Assembly: GCF_006345805.1 (NCBI RefSeq)
Contig: NW_021832550.1
Span: 1-61,389, forward strand
Length of the DNA stretch: 61,389 nt
Reading direction: 5' to 3'
From: Octopus sinensis
Lineage: Eukaryota
The position numbers and the translations under genes are program-made. Of the stretch, positions 38,480-49,875 are shown piece after piece. How positions within the stretch are numbered: position 1 is the first letter of the stretch; the number at the start of each line of letters is the position of its first letter. The notes under the pieces were generated by a model. That model was not told the origin of the DNA, did not search any database, and saw only the letters and a program-made list of their open reading frames with translations.

Positions 38480-38690
38480 TCCTTTCTACTGGGGGTACTA
38501 GGCCTCAAATTTGGGGGAAGGGATTAAGTCAATTACATCGATCCCAGTGCGTAACTGGTGCTTGTTTAATCGACCCCGAAAGGATGAAAGGCAAAGTCGA
38601 CCTCGGCGAAATTTGAACTCACAACGTAGCGACGGGCGAAATAATGCTATGCATTTCGTCCAGCGTGCTTCTGCCAGCTCGCCGCCTTAA
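38480..38690 (-). mobile_element. SINE family A monomer with (CAA)n tail (38330-38478)
   Basis: Ends GCCAGCTCGCCGCCTT on plus. Confidence 0.8.
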
Positions 38691-38719
38691 TAATAATAAT
38701 GAGGATTAAAAAAAAAAAT

Positions 38720-39226
38720 ATCTTAACTGATTGGAAGTGCTATCATGTACATTGTTCTGTCTCGATATAAAATATGGGCTACAGCAAATATTCTGCTCAA
38801 TACCACAGATTTGCGTATCAGTTGGTTGACCTTAACCAGTTGAGCATGTCCCTTGGTGGCTGACGATATGTGCATCTCTGACCACGAGCAGAAGTAGTGG
38901 GGGAGCATCATAGCCATGTCTTGAGAGGAATTCTTTGGGGTTTGGATAATTCACCTTTGGGGTTTGGATAATTCATCATCCTCAAACAACCCTTATTAAG
39001 GGAACTTCTGAGAGAGATGGGCCACTCGACCTGAAGAAAATCCAAAGCGAGCCCCACCTGCAAAGTAATGCGCTGTATATTTTGATATGAGATCACCATG
39101 TCGCGTACATATGGTTGTGATGCATGTGCCTGGTGTACCCTTATCAGATGGGTAGTCATGATGGGTATACTGGGATTCGTACATTTTACCCCGGTGTCAA
39201 TTTGATGGCATGCACTGCTCTCTCAT

Positions 39227-39227
<1 letters not shown>
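38720..39227 (+). mobile_element. TAA-tailed interspersed repeat, homolog of 23781-24372
   Basis: Reverse-complement match by eye. Followed by compound (TAA)(GAT)(GAC) repeats to ~39620. Confidence 0.65.
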
Positions 39228-39265
<38 letters not shown>

Positions 39266-39306
39266 TTAATAATAATAATATTAATAATATTATTAATAAT
39301 AATAAT

Positions 39307-39359
<53 letters not shown>

Positions 39360-39374
39360 TGATGATGATGATGT

Positions 39375-39450
<76 letters not shown>

Positions 39451-39476
39451 GATGCTGCTGCTGCTGCTGATGATGC

Positions 39477-39520
<44 letters not shown>

Positions 39521-39568
39521 GTGATGATGATGGTGATGGTGATGGTGATGATGATGATGATGATGATG

Positions 39569-39621
<53 letters not shown>

Positions 39622-39896
39622 TGTAATTATGATAATATCGAGAGTGCTTAAGTAAATATTTGACTAAATGCGAGGAAATTAATTGCTTTTGAAATATTGT
39701 ATGTTCGTAATCAGTCTATCCATATTTATAGCGTATGTTTATATATTTCATCTGCTTATGCGTGCATGCATGCGTACTTTCATACACGCATACATACAAA
39801 CATGTACACACACAAATACAAACATACATATATACACAAGTATATGTGTAAGTATGCATGTTTGTTCATATATATATATATATATATATATATGTA

Positions 39897-39973
<77 letters not shown>

Positions 39974-40299
39974 TATATTATATGATGTGTGTGTGAGTAG
40001 AAATAATTAAATTTATACATACACTAGCAGAATATATACGCTTGCATACATGTTTTTTTTTTGCCCCTCACTATCTCTGTTTCTCTCTCTCAATCTCTCC
40101 GTCTGTCTCTGTCTGTCTGTCTCTCTGCCACTCTCTCTTTGTCTAGTGTGTTTTTGATATATTTGTATATTTGTATATTACATATATAAGTACACACACA
40201 GACATGCACCGCACAAATATTTATAGAGAGAAAGTGACATATATGTGTGTGTGTGTGTGTATATATATTATATGTATGTATATTATATATTAATATATA

Positions 40300-40330
<31 letters not shown>

Positions 40331-40728
40331 GGCGCAGGAGTGGCTGTGTGTTAAGTAGCTTGCTTACCAACCACATGGTTCCGGGTTCAGTCCCTCTGCG
40401 TGGTACCTTGGGTAAGTGTCTTCTACTATAGCCTCGGGCCGACCAAAGCCCTGTGAGTAGATTTGGTAGACGGAAACTGAAAGAACCCCATCGTATATAT
40501 GTATATGTATATATGTGTGTGTTTGTGTGTCTGTGTTTGTCCCCCCAACATTGCTTGACAACCGATGCTGGTGTGTTTACGTCCCCGTACCTTAGCGGTT
40601 CGGCAAAAGAGGACGATAGAATAAGTACTAGGCTTACAGAGAATAAGTCCTGGGGTCGATTTGCTCGGCTAAAGGCGGTGCTTCAGCATGGCCGCAGTCA
40701 AACGACTGAAACAAGTAAAAGAGTAAAA
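40331..40728 (+). mobile_element. Full-length SINE family B
   Basis: GGCGCAGGAGTGGCTGTGTG head, GGTTCAGTCCC B-box, CORE-like domain, GAGTAAAAGA tail. Confidence 0.9.
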
Positions 40729-40805
40729 GATTATATAAAGATATATATATTTTATGTATATATACAGATTGATATATATATATATATGCTATAGAAATAT
40801 ATACA

Positions 40806-40853
<48 letters not shown>

Positions 40854-40862
40854 TCTCTCTCT

Positions 40863-41314
40863 CTCTTTTACTTGTCTCAGCATTTGACTGCGGCCATGCT
40901 GGAGCACCGCCTATAGTCGAGCAAATCGACCCCGGGACGTATTCTTTGTAAGCCCAGTACTTATTCTATCGGTCTCTTTTGCCGAACCGCTAAGTGACGG
41001 GGACGTAAACACACCAGCATCGGTTGTCAAGCAATGCTAGGGGGACAACACAGACACACAAACACCACACATATCATATATCTATATTATATATATATAT
41101 ATATACTATATATCTATATATAATATATATATATATATACACACATATATACGACAGGCTTCTTTCAGTTTCCGTCTACCAAATCCACTCACAAGGCATT
41201 GGTCGGCCCGGGGCTATAGCAGAAGACACCTGCCAAAGGTGCCACGCAGTGGGACTGAACCCGGACCAAGTGGTTCGTAAGCAAGCTACTTACCACACAG
41301 CCACTCCTGCGCCT
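40863..41314 (-). mobile_element. Full-length SINE family B
   Basis: Reverse complement of the 40331 copy. Confidence 0.9.
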
Positions 41315-41318
41315 ATAT

Positions 41319-41448
<130 letters not shown>

Positions 41449-41450
41449 CT

Positions 41451-41490
<40 letters not shown>

Positions 41491-41493
<3 letters not shown>

Positions 41494-41695
41494 CTTTATT
41501 TACAGCAGAAAATTCAACAAAATCTGTTACTCTGAGTTTCTCGTTGCCGTTCAACTGTCTGATGAACGGCAACGAGAAACTCAGAGTAACAGATTTTGTT
41601 GAATTTTCTGCTGCTTAAAATAAGCATATTACTCTACCACTGGTATTAGAGTACTCTTTTTTCCACTTTGTTTCACATTTATGTGTTTACTCCGG
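41491..41695. mobile_element. Foldback PLE-like element in a TA microsatellite
   Basis: Perfect 51-bp inverted repeat 41503-41553/41563-41613 with a 9-nt loop. The tail AAGCATATTACTCTAC..GTGTTTACTCCGGTA is shared with 42958-43032. Confidence 0.7.
41555..41592 (+). ncRNA. Minimal type I hammerhead ribozyme motif
   Basis: CUGU-CUGAUGA-ACG(GCAA)CGA-GAAACU(CAG)AGUA-ACAG: stem I 4 bp, stem III ACU/AGU, GUA triplet 41586-41588. The sister copy has CGU at the base of stem II. Confidence 0.65.
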
Positions 41696-42192
41696 TATAT
41701 ATATATATATATATATATATAAAGATTTATATATATATATGCACATAGAAATATATACAGTATATATATATACAATATATATATATATATATATACGCAC
41801 ACCCACACCCATACACACATATCCGCCTATATGCATTCAAATATATAACGTCTAATAAATCTTAATGAGAAAATTTAGTAACAAATTTTACGGAAATTCC
41901 TCCACACATTTGCCATTAACGGTCGTTGATTAAATCTCGAATCAATACTCTCAGCATTAAAAGTAATGATTCCAGACTTCATATTTAGAAAGGCTGCCAG
42001 CTTATCTACTCGACACACGCATTTCTTGTTTATCTACGCCCACATACACTCACACAAAGACACAAACGCATACACACGAACTCATGTACACAAATGCATA
42101 TGCATACACACATATAAAAACAGGCGGCGGGGAAAATACAAGTTGACAGAAAATGTGAGACCTTAATCACAAGTAGACACATAAACGCCTTC

Positions 42193-42327
<135 letters not shown>

Positions 42328-42854
42328 ACACACACGCATACACTCAAAACTCAAATACGCATATAAACTATTAGAAAAGAGCTACTAATAGTTCCATGCA
42401 TTAAGGTACATTAAATTGACAGATTTAGATAACATGTATCTCCAAGCAATCTTTCAGGCACAGTTAATTACGTTGTATGTATATGTATGTATGTATGTAT
42501 GTATGCATGTGTGTGTGCATGTATGTATGTGTATGTATGCATGTATGTATGTATGTATGTATGTATGTATGTATGTATGTATGCATGTATGTATGAATGT
42601 ATGCATGCATGTATATATGTAATATATAAATATCCATGTATGTGTATGTGTATATATATGTATGTATGTGTATATATATATAGAATATATATATATATAT
42701 ACTGTTGTGTCTGGGGAGAGTCATTTTCTTTTTGTGCCTTATAATGTAACACACTCACCGGTATAATTTCCATTTATTTCTTATTTTTATTTTCCTAAAA
42801 TTTTCGTTGCGCCTTGCAACTTTTCAATAGTCTTGACCAAATATATATATATAT

Positions 42855-43031
42855 ATACTTTATTTAAAGCAGCAGAAAATTCAACAAAACCTGTTACTCT
42901 GAGTTTCACGTAAAACTCTGAGTAACAGGTTTTGTTGAATTCTCTGCTGCTTTAAATAAAGCATATTACTCTACTACTGGTATTTGAGTACTCTTTTTCC
43001 ACCTTGTGTCACATTTATGTGTTTACTCCGG

Positions 43032-43032
<1 letters not shown>
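42855..43032. mobile_element. Second foldback copy with a deleted hairpin centre
   Basis: 49-bp arms 42858-42906/42913-42961 (2 mismatches), loop CACGTA. Confidence 0.7.
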
Positions 43033-43078
<46 letters not shown>

Positions 43079-43082
43079 TGTG

Positions 43083-43120
<38 letters not shown>

Positions 43121-43277
43121 AAAGGGCTTAGTAAATATTTTATATAATGTAATATTTTATATAATGTAATTTTATATAATGTATATTTTGAATTCGCCTT
43201 AAATGGTCCCTTTACAACTGAATACTTGTGTGAAATTGATTAATAATTAATTAATTTTACCCTCAATTGTTGAAAGT

Positions 43278-43354
<77 letters not shown>

Positions 43355-44149
43355 TCTTTCCTGAGCGTCCAATAATACTATATTTGTTCCACGTCCTCGC
43401 GTTGTTGTGTTTTTTTGTGCTTTCTTGTTTGGATTAACTTTATATGTATATATAATCGGTCAGTAGTTGCTTATGAGTTCATAAAAATGTACACCCTAAA
43501 AATCTTTTTTCAAGCATATCACGCAATCCCATAGGTACGGATTTTGAGATGCGTTTCTCCCTAAAATTATAACTCAGTTTGGATGCTAGCATTTTAAAGC
43601 ACACACCACACTGCATCACAAAATAGAAGCAATAGTCACGTGAAGAGACAAAAAAAAAACAATAAGAAAAACAACCAAAGAATGATGAGATAAAAGTAGG
43701 TTTAGCTGCCTGGTAACAGTTTTCGATTTTCCAGTGAAATATTTCTCGAGTTATATTTCCAACTTATCACCATTTTTCAAGTGAACCATTTTCGATTGTG
43801 AGCTATAAAAACAGCTTGAAGGTTACGCTCTCTAATTGCATCTCCTTTATAAAGCATGGGCTGCGTAGTTGTGCTTCGGTGAGAAAATCAATTTTGGCGA
43901 ATCCACTCGGCGTTAAATCGTGATCTTGACATTTCCATTAATACTGGTTTGCTTCTGGAGTGATTTCAAGACAGTCGTCAGACAGTCATACATTACTTTA
44001 ATATCTACCATTGTTTAATTAAAACTACATTCCATTTATCGTTAGGGGTCTGTTTGATAATTATTCTATTGTGATTGCACTCATGCGAAAATTATATCAA
44101 GTTATCTCCCTCTGTCTATCTCTCCATTTCTCTGTCTATCTCCACTCTC

Positions 44150-44152
44150 TCG

Positions 44153-44245
<93 letters not shown>

Positions 44246-44272
44246 AATCAATCAATCAATTAATCAATCTAT

Positions 44273-44317
<45 letters not shown>

Positions 44318-44499
44318 ATGTCTGTCTGTCTGTCTGTCTGTCCGTCTTTATCTATATCATTACCTCTCGCTAGCTCTCTTTCTCTCATTCTCCTTCCTCT
44401 ATCCCTGTCATTATCTCTCTCTGTATAGCTATCTCTCTATCATTATTCTTTCTCTTCTTCTCTCTCTCCCCTCCTCTCTCTCTCTCTCTCTATCTATCT

Positions 44500-44520
<21 letters not shown>
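44150..44520. repeat. (TATC)n/(TC)n microsatellites
   Basis: Directly visible. Confidence 0.9.
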
Positions 44521-44536
<16 letters not shown>

Positions 44537-44604
44537 TTATCTCCTGCTGATTCGAAATGTATCTCTTTCGTGGGATTTTTCCCTCTGCTCTACTTCCCTG
44601 ATAT

Positions 44605-44995
44605 TGTGGAGTGAACTGACACCCCTGCACGTAGCTGCCAATGGACTGGACGCGTCTTATAAATAGATCAGCCAGTAGAGAGTTGAGGGAGAACTGTGAG
44701 AGCGTAATCCGATGTGGGCCGCTGGAGAATATACAGATTAGCGACTTGCAATGGTATGTTGCATGTTAATTAATTGCTATGTAAATACCCGATAATAATG
44801 GACTGTAAACAAGATTAATGGTACCGCATGTGATGAGGGGCGCATGCAACCATTCAGAATCTCATTATTATATAATCATCTCATTCATATTCGTTTTACA
44901 TATTGTCCCCTCTGTGGTATCCTGTTTGTCCTTGTTTGTGTCCCCTCTATTTTGAGCCATTGTGTCTATAATAAAGAAAGAGAACTGTGACAACA
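44605..44995 (+). mobile_element. Possible solo LTR
   Basis: TG..CA ends, TATAAATA at 44658-44665, AATAAA at 44970-44975, GAGAACTGTGA repeated internally. No TSD found. Confidence 0.4.
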
Positions 44996-45084
44996 TTTGT
45001 CTTGTTATTGATTCTGCGTTGGAGTATTGGAATTTTATTGTGCAAACGGTTGTAATAGGATATCCAACTCTTGTTACATAGCTT

Positions 45085-45553
45085 ATTGTTGTTATACGGG
45101 GATCTTTTCGGTTTGAACGGCAGTTTTTTCTAGCGGTGTCATAAAATTGTCACCCATAATTACGACCCTAGTATCGATCTATTGCATTTCAATCTGTTTT
45201 AGAGTTAGGGTTAGTTAGGGTTAGGGTTAGGGTTAGGGTTAGGGTTAGTGGTGGGGGGAAGGGTATCTTTTTTTTTTCTTCAGAAATGTAAATAAACTCA
45301 ATTTGTTTCTTAAACGAGGGACATATTCATACGGCACAGAATGTTTTAATCTCAATAGACGTCATCGATTGGTTGAAATTGCAGAAATTTTTTTTTTTAA
45401 AAAATTTTATCCCCCCCTTTTTTGTCCTCTTTCTTTCCTTTTACGATCCCTTTCGATCGAAAACCAAACCTCCTTTTTTTACCCCCAAAAGAAAAGCTCT
45501 ACCTTGTAATTTGTCTTGTCTGTGTGCAGCCCTGTGTGGCTAATAAAGAAACA

Positions 45554-45556
<3 letters not shown>
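45085..45556 (+). repeat. Interspersed repeat containing six TTAGGG units (45205-45248) and the (TATC)n-tailed 3' module
   Basis: Directly visible; the 3' module is shared with 14770-14940. Confidence 0.6.
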
Positions 45557-45650
<94 letters not shown>

Positions 45651-45659
45651 CCTACCTAC

Positions 45660-45743
<84 letters not shown>

Positions 45744-45859
45744 TTATCTATCTATCTGTCTGTATGTCTATCTATCTAGCGATCGATTGATCTGTCTGTC
45801 TATCTCTCTATTCATTTATTTACCTATCTATCTATTTATCTATCTATCTACTTACATAC

Positions 45860-45918
<59 letters not shown>

Positions 45919-46035
45919 ATACATACATATATATATATATATATACAAACATACATACGCACACACACATTCATATGCACACACATGTATTGGTGCACAC
46001 ATATGCATACATATATATACACACAAATGTTATAT

Positions 46036-46085
<50 letters not shown>

Positions 46086-46220
46086 ATATATATATACATA
46101 TATATATATACATACACATATATATATATACATATACATATATATATATATATACATGCACACAGTTGTGCGTGCGCACACACACGTACACACACACACG
46201 TACACACACACGGACACACA
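45556..46220. repeat. (TATC)n, (TA)n and (CA)n microsatellites
   Basis: Directly visible. Confidence 0.9.
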
Positions 46221-46613
46221 CACGTACACACACACGCATGCTTATGCATAAATGGGATCACATATCTCAACTTAATGAAATAACCGAACGAAGCATATCT
46301 GAACGCATCGCTGCAAACATCAAATAAGTATAATGGCCAAACTGCCTAATGTTTTGGAACGGTGCTCCGCAATATGATAAACATCCATAGGCATTCAAAG
46401 GGGGTACCTGCAGGTAGAACAAATTAGGGGCGTGAAGTATGATCCTTTTGAAGGCATTAAGGAACTTCAAAGTTTCCGGTTTTTTACTGGTGCCACATAT
46501 AAAAGCTACTATCTGTGTCAACTTGGGTAGTTAATACGTACCTCCATTCGTTAACAGCAAATCATGAAGTATGATTGATGAAAGCGAATTTCTTCAGTAT
46601 ATATATATATATA

Positions 46614-46740
46614 TATCACCGTGATCACCGTGACCGGCCAGGCTATCGCTGGTCACAATGCAAAACGCATTGTTTTAGCCTTCAAATGACGCCACCCTGC
46701 TGGCTAAGCGAGCAGGCCAACAAAAGAAAGATTGAGAGAA
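46614..46740 (-). mobile_element. 3' end of an RTE-like retroposon
   Basis: Minus end GTGACCAGC..GTCACGGTGATCACGGTGATA parallels the RTE tail at 60309-60370. Confidence 0.6.
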
Positions 46741-46979
46741 AGTTATGGCGAAAGGCTACAGCAGGGATCGCCTTGAGGGGATTTGATAGAAGGAAACTGA
46801 AAGCTGCATGCATTTATGTTGTGTTTGTGTGTATACCTGTCTGATCTTGGTATTTGCATGACAGTAAAAAAATCATCTCCATCACACAAGTAATGTTGCT
46901 GGTTTCCAGTCTCCATACAAAAAAAAAAACAACAAAACATGCCTGACCATGGGAAAATATCCTTCTATATATATATATT

Positions 46980-47049
<70 letters not shown>

Positions 47050-47283
47050 TATATTGTATCGCCATACTAATATGGCATTCTTATAAAAATAAGAAAAAAG
47101 CTGACCGCTATTAGCTCATGAGGCCATCGCCTTAAGTTAGCTATTTGACACAAACTGTATCCATATAACCTTGAACAAGGAGGTCAGTCGCTCCACACTA
47201 CTTGGCCGGCAGCTACAGACGCGTTCGGGTAAAATAAAACCTTTGACAGAGATTGTCGGAAGCGACACCTACTGGTTGGCTAC

Positions 47284-47328
47284 GCTGCATTGTTGAAAAG
47301 GGGCAATACCCCGAAACGCGTCTGTAGC
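47284..47328 (+). ncRNA. Hammerhead ribozyme, array unit 1 (extra TTG before the core)
   Basis: GCUGCA-UUG-UUGAAAA-GGGG(CAAUA)CCCC-GAAAC-GC-GUC-UGUAGC. Confidence 0.6.
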
Positions 47329-47649
47329 TGCCGGCCAAGTAGTGTGGAAGACGACTGACCTCCCTTGTCAAGGTTATATGGATACAGTTTGTGTATCAAA
47401 TAGCTAACTTAAGGCGATGGCTCATGGAGCTAATAAGCGGTCAGCTTTTTTCTTATTTTTATAAGAATGCCATATTAGTATGGCGATAACTAATATTTTC
47501 CTGGGAACGCTGCCCGTGTTCTCTTTTAGAGAGACTTAGTAATTTTAATATTTCTATTATTGAAAACAAGTGGATGTATTCCACCGAAGCTAGGTAAATA
47601 AAACCTTTGAACAGAGATTGTCGGAAGCGACACCTACTGGTTTGGCTAC

Positions 47650-47691
47650 GCTGCATTGAAAAGGGGCAATACCCCGAAACGCGTCTGTAGC
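47650..47691 (+). ncRNA. Minimal type I hammerhead ribozyme with U3-A8 core, unit 2
   Basis: Stem I GCUGCA/UGUAGC, core UUGAAAA (47656-47662), stem II GGGG/CCCC, GAAAC-GC-GUC (47683-47685) with palindromic ACGCGU. Confidence 0.8.
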
Positions 47692-48008
47692 TGCCGCCAA
47701 GTAGTGTGGAGCGACTGACCTCCCTTGTCAAAGGTTATATGGATACAGTTTGTGTATCAAATAGCTAACTTAAGGCGATGGCCTCATGGAGCTAATAAGC
47801 GGTCAGCTTTTTTCTTATTTTTATAAGAATGCCATATTAGTATGGCGATAACTAATATTTTCCGGGACGCTGCCGTTGTCTCTTTTTTAGAGAGACTTAG
47901 TAATTTTAATATTTCTATTATTGAAAACAAGTGGATGTATTCCACCGAAGCTAGGTAAATAAAACCTTTGAACAGAGATTGTCGGAAGCGACACTACTGG
48001 TTGGCTAC

Positions 48009-48050
48009 GCTGCATTGAAAAGGGGCAATACCCCGAAACGCGTCTGTAGC
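48009..48050 (+). ncRNA. Minimal type I hammerhead ribozyme with U3-A8 core, unit 3
   Basis: Identical to unit 2; GUC at 48042-48044. Confidence 0.8.
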
Positions 48051-48310
48051 TGCCGGCCAAGTAGTAGTGTGGAGCGACTGACCTCCCTTGTTCAAAGGTT
48101 ATATGGATACAGTTTGTGTATCAAATAGCTAACTTAAGGCGATGGCCTCATGGAGCTAATAAGCGTCAGCTTTTTTCTTATTTTTATAAGAATGCCATAT
48201 TAGTATGGCGATAACTAATATTTTCCGGGAACGCTGCCGTTGTTCTCTTTTAGAGAGACTTAGTAATTTTAATATTTCTATATATATATATAGATATATA
48301 TATATATTAT

Positions 48311-48680
48311 GAAGGCGCGTGGCTCAGTGGTTAGAGCATCGAGCTTAAGATCGTAAGGTTGTGAGCTCGAATCCCGGACCGGGCTGCGTGTTGTGTTCTT
48401 GAGCAAGACACTTATTTCACGTTGCTCCAGTTCACTCAGCTGTAGAAATGAGTTGCGATGTTACAGGTGCCAAGCTGTTATCGGCCCTTGCCTTTCCCTT
48501 GGACAACATCGGTGACGTGGAGAGGGGAGGCGGTATGCATGGGCGACTGCTGGTCTTCCATGAAACAACCTTGCCCAGACTTGTGCCCAGAGAGTAACTC
48601 TCTAGTTGCAAACCCATGGTCAGTGTCTGACCGAAGTGGGTCACTATAATATATGTTATGAGAAAAAGAAGAAAATGAAG

Positions 48681-48729
<49 letters not shown>

Positions 48730-48731
48730 GT

Positions 48732-48775
<44 letters not shown>

Positions 48776-49110
48776 GGCGCGTGGCTCAGTGGTTAGAGCA
48801 TCGAGCTTAAGATCGTGAGGTTGTGAGCTCGAATCCCGGACCGGGCTGCGTGTTGTGTTCTTGAGCAAGACACTTTATTTCACGTTGCTCCAGTTCACTC
48901 AGCTGTAGAAATGAGTTGCGACGTTACAGGTGCCAAGCTGTATCGGCCCTTGCCTTTCCCTTGGACAACATCGGTGACGTGGAGAGGGGAGGCCGGTATG
49001 CATGGGCGACTGCTGGTCTTCCATGAAACAACCTTGCCCAGACTTGTGCCTCAGAGAGTAACTCTCTAGGTGCAAACCCATGGTCAGTGTCTGACCGAAG
49101 GGGGTCACTA
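48311..49110 (+). mobile_element. Two near-identical tandem copies of SINE family D (48311-48646, 48773-49110)
   Basis: GAAGGCGCGTGGCTCAGTGGTTAGAGC head, GAGCTCGAATCCC B-box, GTGTTCTTGAGCAAGACAC CORE-like motif. The 3' flank ATGAGAAAAAGAAGAAAATGAAGAAAT is duplicated too. Confidence 0.85.
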
Positions 49111-49209
49111 TATATATATGTATATGAGAAAAAGAAGAAAATGAAGAAATTGACGACGCATAGAACCAGTTTATTCAAAGATATTCAAATCAATATAATA
49201 TGAAATTCT

Positions 49210-49320
49210 TATCCTTACAGCCGTTTCCATATCCAATTAATTCAATTAGAGAAATTAGATTAGATTAATTAAAAAATTTAATATTGAAACTGGTTAATTA
49301 AATATTTCTTCAGGGGATAA
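49210..49320 (-). ncRNA. Decayed type I hammerhead-like motif with a long stem II
   Basis: Minus UAUCCC-CUGAAGA-A-AUAUUUAAUUAA..UUAAUUGGAUAU-G-GAAAC-GGCU-GUA-AGGAUA. Confidence 0.45.
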
Positions 49321-49689
49321 TTTCCAAAAGAAGCTACATTCCACCGTGTTGGTCGACCAATGACACTCAGATATGTGCGTTTTGGTAATGTTGATTGATA
49401 GCGGTTGTAGCCTTAGTAATTTCAGATTATATACATATATAAACGCTAGAAGAAGCAGTCAAAACGACCAAAACCACATTTAAGAGCAATTTTCGAAGGG
49501 AATGAAAAATAAAAACTTTTACCTTGTTATTTTTTACGGTTATACCTAGGTTTCAGATTTCTTCAGCAAATAAAATAATTTGCTAGGCGAATCTTCATCA
49601 GTAACCGTGCCATAACAATTAACAAATTATTTAGAGACAAATAACACGTGTCTCATCTCTCTCTCTCTCTCTCTTTCAATCGTTCTCTC

Positions 49690-49875
49690 TAATACCTAAT
49701 TCCCAAATTTCGGGGGAGATGGAAGTCAATTCTATCGATCTCAGTGCTTGACCCTGAAAGAATAAAAGACGAAGTCAACTTCGGAAGAATTTGAACTCAG
49801 AACTTAAAGAAAGACGAACTGCCGTTAAACATTTTGTCCATCGCAGTCACTTTTATCCTAGCTCACCGCCTTATA
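49690..49875 (-). mobile_element. Degenerate SINE family A
   Basis: GAAGTCAACTTCGGAAGAATTTGAACTCAGAAC..GCTCACCGCCTT. Confidence 0.7.

Larger units (their letters stand above)
47057..48280 (+). mobile_element. Retrozyme/PLE-like array: inverted arm (47057-47229) plus three tandem ~360-bp units
   Basis: Units start at ~47229, ~47595 and ~47955, the last truncated. Each has an HHR and AATAAA. Both ends abut TA microsatellite. Confidence 0.8.

Noticed and set aside
46390-46530. Protein-like frame GIQRGYLQVEQIRGVKYDPFEGIKELQSFRFFTGATYKSYYLCQL
   Set aside because: Unrecognised, short, and with a weak donor.
48311-48385. tRNA-like sequences with A and B boxes (also 1573, 40331, 50929)
   Set aside because: They continue into SINE bodies, and I could not fold a complete cloverleaf with acceptor stem.
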